Position numbers and translations under genes: made by a program. Shown here piece after piece: positions 16,362 to 26,805 of a DNA stretch of 64,000 nt. The notes beneath the pieces are model-generated. The model saw only the letters and a list, made by a program, of their open reading frames with translations, made no database searches and was not told the DNA's origin. Every line of letters begins with the position of its first letter. The first letter of the stretch is position 1. The stretch spans positions 2,852,001 through 2,916,000 of the forward strand of contig OX597825.1 in the NCBI GenBank assembly GCA_951406725.2, written 5' to 3'. The DNA is from Octopus vulgaris (lineage: Eukaryota).

Positions 16362-16772
16362 ATCCTTAAAATCCTTAAATCCTTAAAAATGTTTTAGCCC
16401 GAAGGCCGCGGCCATGCTGGGGCACCACCGCTGAATGAGCTACACTAGTTTGTGAATCCACCTCTGATACGTGGCACTTGATCAACAAGGGAGTTCGATG
16501 CTGCTGCCCGCATCCGCGTCTCCTGTCGTGATGTAGGTTCATCTGGGACCCCCAACAAGAAGAGATCCAGTTTAGTTTTAAAGAAACCCACATCCACACC
16601 ATGTAAGTCTCTCAGGCATTTAGGGAGGATGTTAAAGAGCTGTGGACCTCTGAAACCCAAGCTGTTGCAGTATCTGGACCTGTATTTTGATGGTGATGTT
16701 GGAATCCTTGGCACCACGTGCGGCGCCCCGTTCTGCGGTTGGAGTAACTTTGAATGCCAAAGTTTGGGACAG
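16362..16772 (-). mobile_element. 5'-truncated CR1-group LINE: ORF2 C-terminus, 3' UTR and short tandem-repeat tail
   Basis: VPNFGIQSYSNRRTGR, then a frameshift into VPRIP...NSLGFRGPQLFNILPKCLRDLHGVDVGFFKTKLDLFLLGVPDEP...AAASNSLVDQ*. This fits the CR1-group C-terminal pattern (L[FW]N.LP...FK..LD.FL). Ends in (TTTAAGGAT)-like repeats, as is typical of CR1-group tails. Confidence 0.85.
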
Positions 16773-17004
16773 TAATTAAATATAAAAGTATATAGCCATA
16801 AAGAAGGGCACTGGGAAAGAGTACCAGTATGCTGGAAATATTATTACTATTATTCAAAAAGATACTAAAACACTTATTTAACTCATTTGCAAAAGTAAAT
16901 GCGAGAAAATGAGCGAAATAAAGTTAACCTAGATTTAATGCATAAGGAGATTCTGGCTTTGTAATGAATGTTAGGACATCATCAGGAAGATTCATCGTAT
17001 TAGA

Positions 17005-17024
17005 ACACACACACACAAACGCAC

Positions 17025-17103
<79 letters not shown>

Positions 17104-17266
17104 ACATACATATGCATATTCACAGATATATACGTGACGTCAATCATTCGCACATCTCAACATATGCTATAAAACTACTTTAAGAACTAACACACGCACA
17201 CAAATATATAAGCATAGAATTAATGATAATAATAAAAATAAAAATAATAATAATAATAATAGTAAC

Positions 17267-17357
<91 letters not shown>

Positions 17358-17493
17358 GTAATAATAATAACAATAATAATGATAATAACAATACTAATAT
17401 ATAATAAATAGTAACCATAGATCATTATATATCATTTCGAAATTATTTGATCCAGAAGCACATGGTGAGATGGATGAACAACTGGCGTCATGT

Positions 17494-17548
<55 letters not shown>

Positions 17549-17953
17549 CGTGTGTGTCAATGTAAGTATATATATATATATATGTGTGTGTGTATATGTA
17601 TAAGTATGCATATATATTCACGTATATGTTCTGGTAAGGTGAATCTCACTGATAATGAGCCAGAAATCGTTCGATATGTGATTTTTTTGTTATCCATTAA
17701 AAGTAGGCTAAATTTATTTTGCTCATATCCTCGCGTTCACCTGTGTAAAAAGTGAAATAGTTGGTTTGGAGTGTTTTTGACTGCTGTTTGTAGGATGCTG
17801 GTATTTTGACCACGTACCCTTCATCATAATTATATATTTTTATATATAATTATAAATCTACATCAATTTTTACCTCTATGGCTTTTAGTTGCATGCTGGA
17901 CATTGATATTATTATCATTATCATTTTTGTGGTTGTTATTACTATTATTATTG

Positions 17954-18017
<64 letters not shown>

Positions 18018-18027
18018 CATCATCATC
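17005..18027. repeat. Microsatellite cluster: (CA)(TA)(TG) 17005-17115, (AAT)n 17222-17412, (TA)(TG) 17493-17600, (ATT)n 17908-18027
   Basis: Seen directly. Confidence 0.95.
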
Positions 18028-18161
18028 ATTTCTTTCATCCTTTCGGGGTCGATAAATTAAGTACCAGTTACGCACTGGGGTCGATATAATCGACTTAATC
18101 CGTTTGTCTGTCCTTGTTTATCCCCTCTATGTTTAGCCCCTTGTGGGTAGTAAAGAAATAA
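18028..18161 (+). mobile_element. 5'-truncated Meta-domain SINE, tail type A, embedded in an (ATT)n array
   Basis: CTTTCATCCTTTCGGGGTCGATAAATTAAGTACCAG (Meta/MESC-like core), then tail ...TTTAGCCCCTTGTGGGTAGTAAAGAAATA. Confidence 0.9.
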
Positions 18162-18195
18162 ATTATTATTATTATTATCATCATCATCATTATTA

Positions 18196-18447
18196 TTTTT
18201 TTTTTTTTTCTTTCTTCAAATTTTCTCACGTTTCTCGCCGAGTGTTTTCTGTACACCAAGGGCAGAGAAGCTCCATTGTATGCATTCACAGATTACACAC
18301 GCAAATTCACAGGTAAAATATGTATTTGAAAAATTATTGAGTAAATAAATTCATGAATGGTTGTTGTTTTCACAGCGATAATGCTCTTCTCAGTACATGA
18401 GCCGTTCCAGTTAACACGATATTTAGCACTTCCTGTAGGGATGGTCG
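18196..18447 (-). mobile_element. 3' end of an R4/Dong-clade LINE (last 26 codons at 18370-18447, 3' UTR, A-rich tail)
   Basis: Minus strand translates to RPSLQEVLNIVLTGTAHVLRRALSL*, matching the R4/Dong C-terminal motif (Q..VL.GTAHILR..L). Followed by a UTR and poly(A) running into (AAT)n. Confidence 0.8.
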
Positions 18448-19021
18448 TTGTTGTTGTTTTGGTTACAGTTATTATTATTGTGAAGGCGCATGGCTCGTTG
18501 AGCTTACGATAGTGAGCTCGTGTAACTTTAGCAAAATTTGCTCAAGCAATACATGTGCCAGAAATGTTTAACTTGAAGAGAGAGCTTGCCCTCCCCAATC
18601 TCACTCTCTAAGTACCAAAAGCATAACCCGTAAAGAGGAAAAGATCATCACCAATGGATGCTCTCTGAGACTGCAGGTTTAAATTCGGAGTAGCCTTCTT
18701 CTAGATAGATATTCATCCAAGATAAAGGAGCGAATATATGCCCATCTCAAGGGTTTTAGATGCACTCACACCGACAGGCATTAACTGCCACAAAATTAGC
18801 AATAATGAATACACAACCTCATACACACTGAACAAGATAATAAAATAGAAATACATATATACATAATACAAATAAAAATATGAAATAATATAAACGTAAT
18901 GCACATAAAAATATAAAAATATATATACATGTATACAAAAAAGCCATACACATTATACACAAAATTATTCATAAAAAGTTCATAAATACACACAAGAATT
19001 CACACACACAACATAAAATAC

Positions 19022-19203
19022 ATCCACATAATTTTGCATAATTTATTGGATGGTTGTTGACTTTCCTGAGCTCTTCCGCCCTCTGAGGGGTGGTTTTTTA
19101 TCCCGCAGGGTTCCAAAAGTGACCTTCCTCACCAAGAAAGCTTGGTGGGGTTCCCAGCTTGGTCACCGACGAACCCACCATGCAATACGTTGCACGGGGT
19201 TAC
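19022..19203. other. GC-rich structured island, probably a retroelement UTR fragment
   Basis: Abrupt GC rise. Nested complementary segments GGGTTC/GAACCC, GTGACC/GGTCAC and CACCAAG/CTTGGTG. Family not recognised. Confidence 0.4.
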
Positions 19204-19295
19204 ATATTACCAGTAGCACATTAGAGCGATCTGACACACACACGCACACACACACACACATATATATAGACGCATATACTCACACGCACACATAC

Positions 19296-19348
<53 letters not shown>

Positions 19349-19510
19349 AAGGTTTGGAGATAATGTACAGGCATTTTATATTAGAAGAAATGAGGTACTC
19401 AGAAATTCGGATGAATTTATATTTACGGATATTTATATGTATGTTACATGTTTTTATACATCATATATCATATACATGTGTATATATATATATATATGTA
19501 TGTTTGTATG

Positions 19511-19559
<49 letters not shown>

Positions 19560-20064
19560 GAAGAAACTCAATCAATTAAGCGTAATGAACAAGTATAGTA
19601 AAATGAAAAGAATGATTTATAATTAATATGCTTTAGTGGTTACTATTTCTGGCTTCGTCACTCACATTTTCGTATTACAGAACCTATTGAGAAGTAACCG
19701 AGGAAGCAATATCACTTAGCGGAAAATTTCTCAAGGCAGCGATTATTTATTTATTCATGTGACTTTTTTTGCATAAATAATTCGGCGAAAATTATGCTTC
19801 AACATTGGTTTTCTTTCGCATCTCATGAATAATCTGAAGTATGTTCGTATGTTCCGCAATAAAAATCTTGCAAGCTCGAAACACACATCCAAATACTCTT
19901 CTTCTCTCATACATATATACGAATATAGATCTAATATATTTTGTTTGTGTGTGTGGATATGTGTATGTGTGTGTTTGTGTGTGTTTCAAGCTGCATTGTG
20001 TTTGGATTCGCATGTTGCATTCACGAAAGCAAGTTCAAGTTTTCGATTCCAGACGAGCATTAGA

Positions 20065-20284
20065 AATACAGTTCTATATCTTAGAGATGAGGAATTTTGT
20101 ACATTATTTACATTTGACAGATATGTTCCCTCGCCTTGATTGTTGTTAACACAACGTTTCGGCTGATATACATTCCAGTCTTCATCGGGCGTCTTGGAGA
20201 CATTCCTAACTTCGGTTCTCCTTTCTAAGGTATTTTTCGATGTTACTACCATTATTATTATTATCATTACTATTATTATTATTA

Positions 20285-20348
<64 letters not shown>

Positions 20349-20473
20349 CATTATTATTATTATTATTGTTATTATTATTATTATTATTATTATTCAGGTT
20401 ACTGCTTGGAATCGAACGCGGAATCTTGGGGTTAGTAGCCCGCGCTCTTAACTACTACGCCATATGCTTGTGG
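20065..20473 (-). mobile_element. tRNA-head/(AAT)n/hammerhead element, copy A (full length)
   Basis: Minus strand: head TGGCGTAGTAGTT (A box) ... GTTCGATTCC (B box), then (AAT)n at 20250-20393, then a 3' module homologous to 21300-21489. Confidence 0.85.
20148..20193 (-). ncRNA. Minimal type-I hammerhead ribozyme motif (Penelope-type), core mutated
   Basis: GACGC-CCGAUGA-A-GACUG-loop-CAGCC-GAA-ACGU-U-GUGUU. Stem I can pair. The core has U4>C and stem II has one mismatch. Confidence 0.6.
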
Positions 20474-20474
20474 A

Positions 20475-20920
20475 ATCCAATCCCAGCACCCATACAACGC
20501 ACCAACATCTGCACAACCACAGACCATCACATCTGCGCACACACACACATTCAGCCGCACACCCACATATTAGAGACGCACACACACACGCAGACATCCA
20601 GACTTGAAGGTCACTAGACCCTATCAACACGCACACATTTATACACAGTCGCATACACGCACGCACGAGCACGTTCGTTTGGGGATTACCTGTTGTATAT
20701 TATCTTCCTTTCTCCCTACCTCTCCAACCAGTCGCCGTGATTGAGCGTTAAATCCGCAATTGTTTTTATACTCTCCCTCTGTTTATTTCCCCGTGTTCCT
20801 TCCTGTGGAAGTGCTTAGGCTCGAAACGTAAAAGACTTTCTCACCTTCCCGTCAAAATAATATGCCTTCTTCTTGTTTGAACACTTGTCTTCGTCTTTTG
20901 TTTTTATATAAATTTCAACT
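20475..20920 (+). mobile_element. Penelope-like terminal (pLTR-like) module D with a variant hammerhead
   Basis: CA-rich leader, pyrimidine-rich body, hammerhead-shaped motif at 20799-20834, ends at (TA)n. Family assignment is inferred from the ribozyme motif. Confidence 0.5.
20799..20834 (+). ncRNA. Hammerhead-like motif with non-canonical core CUGUGGA
   Basis: CUUC-CUGUGGA-A-GUGC-UUAG-GCUC-GAA-ACGU-A-AAAG. Same layout as the motifs at 20148 and 21352. Confidence 0.45.
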
Positions 20921-21037
20921 ATATATATCTTGATATAGCTGAACAAATGTATACGTTATTACCCAGCTAAATATACGCATCGTATGTCTATTTAAATAAA
21001 TATATTTGCATTTATATTTGCAAACATTCTGATATTA

Positions 21038-21137
21038 TTATTATTATTATTATTATCAAGGTCACTGCCTGGAATCGAATTCGGAATCTTAGGGTTAGTC
21101 GCCCACGCTCATAACCACTACGCCATATGCCCGTGAG
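21038..21137 (-). mobile_element. Inverted duplicate head (copy C) of the tRNA/(AAT)n/hammerhead element
   Basis: Reverse complement of the head, including A and B boxes and part of (AAT)n. Joined head-to-head with copy B at 21137/21138. Confidence 0.85.
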
Positions 21138-21201
21138 CCCACAGGCATAGTGGTTAAGAGCTCGGGCTACTAATCCTAAGATTCCGGGCAGTGACCTTAA
21201 C

Positions 21202-21278
<77 letters not shown>

Positions 21279-21489
21279 CAGCAATAATGATAATAACATC
21301 AACATAAAGAAATACCTTGGGATTGAGAACTCAGGTTTGAAATTTCCCCAAGACACCTGATGAAGGCTGGAGGCTATATCAGCCGAAACGTTATCTTAAC
21401 AACAAACAAGATGAGAACAATTATTCGTCAAATAGAAATAATGTAAATAATGTACATAATTCCTCATCTCTTAAATATAGGACTGTATT
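21138..21489 (+). mobile_element. tRNA-head/(AAT)n/hammerhead element, copy B
   Basis: Head with B box deleted, (AAT)n at 21200-21300, 3' module with hammerhead. C+B are flanked by the 12-bp direct repeat ATTCTGATATTA (21026-21037, 21490-21501). Confidence 0.85.
21352..21397 (+). ncRNA. Minimal type-I hammerhead ribozyme motif (Penelope-type)
   Basis: GACAC-CUGAUGA-A-GGCUG-10-nt loop-CAGCC-GAA-ACGU-U-AUCUU. Core intact, perfect 5-bp stem II, palindromic ACGU stem III. The 3' strand of stem I is mutated in this copy. Confidence 0.7.
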
Positions 21490-21722
21490 ATTCTGATATT
21501 AGTACATATATTCCAATTTCTATATACACTTATATATGGAGAAATGGAAACAAGGAACGAGCGACAGTAGGTCACAGAAAATTTATTCTAAAATGATGGA
21601 GACATATTCCATCTACCATCAATTACATTCTAATGATTAATGATGGCTGTGATTGCAGTTTTATTTATAGTATCCAGTAATGAATGTTTTGTGACTGATA
21701 TCTGTATATGATTCATATTTAC

Positions 21723-21848
21723 TCTTTCTTTACTACCCACAAGGGGCTAAACGCAGAGGGGACAAACGGATTAAGTCAATTATATTGACCCCAGTGCGTA
21801 ATTGGTTCTTATTTAATCGACCCCGAAAGGATCACAGGCAAAGTTGAC
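21723..21848 (-). mobile_element. 5'-truncated Meta-domain SINE, tail A, with a perfect 17-bp TSD
   Basis: ATATGATTCATATTTAC at 21706-21722 and 21849-21865. Body matches 18028-18161. Confidence 0.92.
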
Positions 21849-22310
21849 ATATGATTCATATTTACGGATGACCGAAATGCTTAGAATTATCTCTATTTTT
21901 GAGATTTTGCCGTGAAGTGTGCAACAGAGCAGATATTTCTTTACAAAAATAGAGGTGCGTGGCTTCCAAGCTGATAAGCATCATAGGAAACGAACTCTGC
22001 TTCTGCTACTGTTTCATATTTGTAACCATATTAGAACTGTATTATTTATTATGAATATATTCACTAATACATGTGAATATATTTATCGACCCTCACCAGA
22101 CTACTAATTATATATGGTTTGTTATTACACTCCTGCGTAGTTCTATTACGCTTGATAACACTTTATTAATTAACATAAGGTACTTCCTTATACGTCTTAT
22201 ATTACTAAGTTATATACTCCACATAAGATTTAACACAGTCATCTTAAATTTACAGAGCAATCTAATGACTAACGTCTCGTTCGTGGTTGTCCTTATTGTG
22301 ACGTTTCTAT

Positions 22311-22436
22311 TTTGCTTTTTACCTTTCAACCTTCGCGGTTGATAAAATATGTATCAGCTGACCACAGGAGTCGGTGTAATCTATCCACCCACTCTCCGAA
22401 AAATTTCAGGCTTTGTGCCTATTGTAGAAAGGATTA
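22311..22436 (+). mobile_element. Diverged Meta-domain SINE, tail type B
   Basis: CCTTTCAACCTTCGCGGTTGATAAAAT...TTTCAGGCTTTGTGCCTATTGTAGAAAGGA. Confidence 0.7.
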
Positions 22437-22559
22437 CTTTTATTATTGACTTCTTTTCGTCTTTTGTAGTTCATTTGTTTATCGTTTGAAATGTTAAATC
22501 AAGATTTGAGGTAAATTTAAAAATAGAGAAAACCAACGAATCGCTCAAAGTTGTCCTGG

Positions 22560-22830
22560 AGGGTGAAGTTAAGGGCAAACAAAACAGTGATGGATGATAT
22601 TTCGCCATGTGAAAACCGTGTTTCCCAACTGCTGCCTCTTGGATGCAGACTTTTCAAGTAAAGTCGCAAAACCATGTGTTAATTCGTTGTTAAAATCTTT
22701 GTGGAAGAAAACACCGTTTCTATTTTTCTGGTATAGACTTAATCTATCGCTCACCTAAAGATCATTATTTGGCGATAGTAGTTACGTGTAAACACATTTA
22801 ATTCTCCCCGAAAAACTATGAACATTTTCC
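22560..22830 (-). mobile_element. Possible highly decayed mariner fragment
   Basis: NRNGVFFHKD resembles the mariner motif NRKGVVFHQDNA. Little further support. Confidence 0.3.
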
Positions 22831-23699
22831 TGGTCAGTGGTTAGCATATTTCATTGGATTAGCCCGTAGACTATAAAGGGGTCAAGATCAATGAGCTTAT
22901 TCTCAAATCCAAATGGTTGGAGTTTATCATTGTTAACATTAAATTCTAAATATTGCACTTATTTTTATTCAACCCAGCTGAAGATCGATCGATCAGTAAT
23001 TTCAAAAAATCTGTTCTAAATATGACCATATCTTCTTTGTTGATTACCCCAGGTTAGTAATTAGAAATAACTTTGCTCTCTGGGCAAGTAACATCTTACA
23101 GGCATTCTCGTCAATAAGAAGAAAGTTGTTATTTAATAAATTCAAATTTATAATTCAAATGACAAATGTGAAAACAATTTGTGTACTTAAAGCTAATTTT
23201 TAGTGTTACTGTACTATCTAATTTCGTGTAGCAATTGAATATTGATCAATATATTAATATTGATATTAATTACCGAAAGAAACATCGAAATATAGATGCA
23301 TGAATATTAGTGATCAAAGATATTTATATAGAAGAATATTGATTATTGATTACTTGAAGTGAAAAAGGGGGAAAAATTATGTAATTTTCAGACATAATAT
23401 TACTAATATATATTCTCGAGGCAATTTAAACGAAGCTTCTTCAAAATATTTCAGTTGATGTCGACTTGTAGTATCTCTAAATATCTAATGATTGAATTTA
23501 ATATTTTTGTCGGTCACTTGGGAAAATTTATGAATGACAATTACAATTAGCGGAATTCACTGATATATATTTTATGCTGTTGTTTGATCCCAGTCTGCTC
23601 GGATTGAGCAGAACTACAAACGAAGGTTTTACTGAGACCACCACACACTCAAATGTTCTCTTCCAATCATCATACATCTATCGCAAAATATATTTTAAC

Positions 23700-23899
23700 A
23701 TTGGTTTACAATTTTGTCACAATGCCAGCAAATTAATGCGTGGGAGTATATGGACTACACAGACAACAAGTGCTGCATTGATATTTATTTTATCGACGCC
23801 GAAAAGATTAAGAGCGAAATAGATTTCCGGGGTATTTGAACTGAGAACGTGTGCAAGGACGAAATGCCGCGAAGTATTTGGCCGGCGGGCTAACGATTT
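23700..23899 (-). mobile_element. Diverged Meta-domain SINE, tail type C
   Basis: TTTATCGACGCCGAAAAGAT, ATTTGAACTGAGAACGT and GGCTAACGATT match family 1. Confidence 0.75.
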
Positions 23900-24297
23900 G
23901 TCTTAGAAAAATAATTTTGTATATTAACTAAAATATATGTTTTAATGTTGTAAAATGAATATTATCTGCTAATAATATATTGTCAAACAATTTCAATTGT
24001 GCATCGGTATATTTGTTTGATGTACAGGAAAAAAGGAATTAAATTCTTTGTAATCGCGCCGTACTCTGTTGAAAAAACGGCACAAAGTTCTTAATCACTG
24101 GAATGACAAAATTAAAAGCAATTTCATTGAGGATTCAATTATTGGCTGAATTGTTTTTCGTTTGTTATTATTTGTAGCATACTGGGCAACTTAAATCTAA
24201 AGCTAGATTCAAAATGAGAATATAAAAGAAGCACTGTTATAACTATAACTATTATCGAAAATTTTCATTATTATTGTCCCAATATTTCACTGCTGTA

Positions 24298-24501
24298 GGG
24301 CGGCGGGGTGATAGAATCTTTAGCATGTCTGGGAAAATATTTTGCAGCATCACCTTCGTCCGTACGTTGAAATTCCAGAGAGATCAACGTTGCCACTCAT
24401 CATTGCAGGGTCGATAAAATAATTAGGTTTTGAAGAATGATTCAGCGTAATCGACCTCACGCCCCATCCGAAATTGCTAGCCTTGTTCCAAATTCTGTGA
24501 T
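24298..24501 (+). mobile_element. Full-length diverged Meta-domain SINE, tail C, with TSD
   Basis: Head GGCGGCGGGGTGATAGAATC and core GGGTCGATAAAATAA. Flanking repeat CAATATTT(T)CACTGCTGTA at 24280-24297 and 24502-24520. Confidence 0.8.
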
Positions 24502-25094
24502 CAATATTTTCACTGCTGTAACATTTTTTAGCCCGGTTTGAACCATCTGAATTTTGTTGCATGCGGATTTTATTTTCAGTTTTTAATTGAATGATAGTAC
24601 CAAATATAAGAAAATTTGTAGAGTTGGTCTGGGATTCTTTTGAACCAGAAAAAGTTAACTGCAACTATACAAGTTCCACTGGGTCGCGATTGGCTGATGA
24701 AGAATTACGAACCCTATAAAAATTTGTTGAAAATGTAACAATTTATTAAATTACAATCTCATGTTTTTTTTCAACTTTTGACATCTTTTATATTTGTGTA
24801 TTTGAGAGATTTTCTTCAATCCATCTTGATATCCTTTATATCTTTACAGAAAGCCACTCAAATGTCTATATAGAATTAAAACCATCTTTGAAAATAGTAT
24901 ACACAATGATAATTGGCTAATGCAAGAATGGACTTGCAATTAAGTGTTTTATTAAATGAAGGATAATTTTGTATGAAAACAAGAAAGGAAATTAAATAGC
25001 ATTGACAAAAGTCTCTCCATTGATCGACTGAATCTGATATCCAGCAGACTGTGTCAAACTTCTCCCCTATTTGAAGTTTTAATTACTAGTTCAA

Positions 25095-25930
25095 ACTTCC
25101 ATTCATCAAACATATCCCGTCATATTTCGTAGCTTTTTCCATTGTTTTACTAGAAACTCAATTCCATGCTTTCACCATTCGGCGGGTTTGGAGGCAAAAT
25201 TCTCCCTACAACACTTTTCAGCGTCACTCACGAAATGAGCCATGACTCAGAAAAGGTGGGTAATCCGAAAGAGAAATATTTGAACTAGAGATAGGGTGAG
25301 TTAGCCATTACAACCACTCGAGTTAGTATATAATAATAATAAAATAATAATTGCGCTTGCTCTCATTGGCAGTTAGTGCCGTGGCAATGCCAGGCTGAAA
25401 TAGACCACTTTTCCGATTGCGGGTGATCAAAGCATCATATACCCGTAGCAATTGTTGAGCATGTGTTAGCGTTCACAGCATGACCTTCTGAGATAAAATC
25501 AATACCCAGTCGACATTTTCCCTCAAAATTCAGCGACAAATACATGATGACCTGTTCAAGCTGCCCTTGTTTGGCAAAAGTTTCTGCAGCCTGGATGGAA
25601 CACAGCCACTGGTTTCTCTTATCAGTTTTGCGATAATAGATACATTTTTATCCTCAGTTACAATTCGATGATAAAAATTAGCATCTCGAATATTTGCAAA
25701 CATTTGTTAGAAAATGTCCGTAAGTCGATGAGCCCGTCCTTTCGTCAGTTCATGAAGAGCTTATGAAATTGTTGATTGATGGTGCTTTGAGACAGATCAA
25801 ATTAAGTCGACAATTGACGAGTGTTTGTGCTTGGTTGCTGTTCAATTATTTCAATTAAACCCTCATCTTCCACAACAGAAGATCCCCACTGACGTCGGTT
25901 TGTTTGGAAGCAGGTCCTCCGCATCTTTAA
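25095..25930 (-). mobile_element. Decayed mariner (Tc1/mariner) transposase, most of the coding region
   Basis: Manual translation gives, in order: SVVEDEGLIEIIEQQPSTNTRQLST*FDLSQSTINQQFHKL, HELTK, NFYHRIVTEDK (first Asp motif), LTHPISSSNISLSDYPPF (compare HPPYSPDLAPSDYHLF), ENFASKPAEW*KHGIEFLVKQW. Collinear with mariner transposase. Confidence 0.9.
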
Positions 25931-26805
25931 TTCTTTTTTTTTCTTCCGCTGCCCTTGCACTAGGCATTTGATCCAGATCAGGTCTATGAAATAAAGAAAA
26001 AAGAATTAATGTTTAAATAATAAATATGAAAATAAGGAATAAGCAATTCTGAAACAAATTGTAGATACAAGACACAAGATACACCTGTTGATGTGACATA
26101 TCTTTGTATTAGATAGAACTCATGACTAACATTCACGTTTTGTGGGTAACAGTATTCCACGGCTGTTTATCGCCTTACGCACTGATGACCAGGTTATATA
26201 TAATTTATTCTTATATTTGTTTGTATTATTTCTTGAACTGGTGTATTAAAACTGTTTTAGGTAAGTTATGTTTTATTGGCCACATGGGAAACTTTTTCAC
26301 CGTACATCTGCTATAAGATCTGGTCTACCGATAACGAAGAGATAGTCTCTGGTATCGCTACTACATGTTTGTAGAATTTGTGGAACGTTCTGTCAATAGG
26401 AAATATTGATTTTCAAGGAAGCAGATATTAATAACATTTATATCTACAAGGCAAAGGAGGACAAAATATGCAGTTACTCGACCAACCGGTAATATCAACC
26501 ACAAATTGTTGAAGCCATACACTAACATTTTAAAAGAATAAAGAAGACTTTCGATAAGTCAGAAATAATATAGTATGTTTACTAATGGAACATGTTAGAT
26601 CACAAAACGAATTGTTCCTTCAAATATGATCTGAAGCTAAACGGCAACATTCCCAGCAAAAGATTTAGAGCAGTATTCACTTATGATACAGTGTAATCTC
26701 ACTTCCAAATAATCTGTAATTTTAGAAAGTGACTTTTATTTTTGTAGATATCAGAGTGTAAATATTGACGCGATTTTATCAATTGAAACAATTTCTACAT
26801 TTTAG

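Noticed and set aside
19118-19180. HDV-like ribozyme fold
   Set aside because: P1 and P2 candidates exist, but L3 lacks the conserved G, there is no GG for P1.1, and P4 is absent.
20397-20467. tRNA gene (anticodon loop CTACTAA) or branch-point TACTAAC
   Set aside because: No proper acceptor stem or oligo-T terminator. It is the repeated SINE head, and TACTAAC is incidental.
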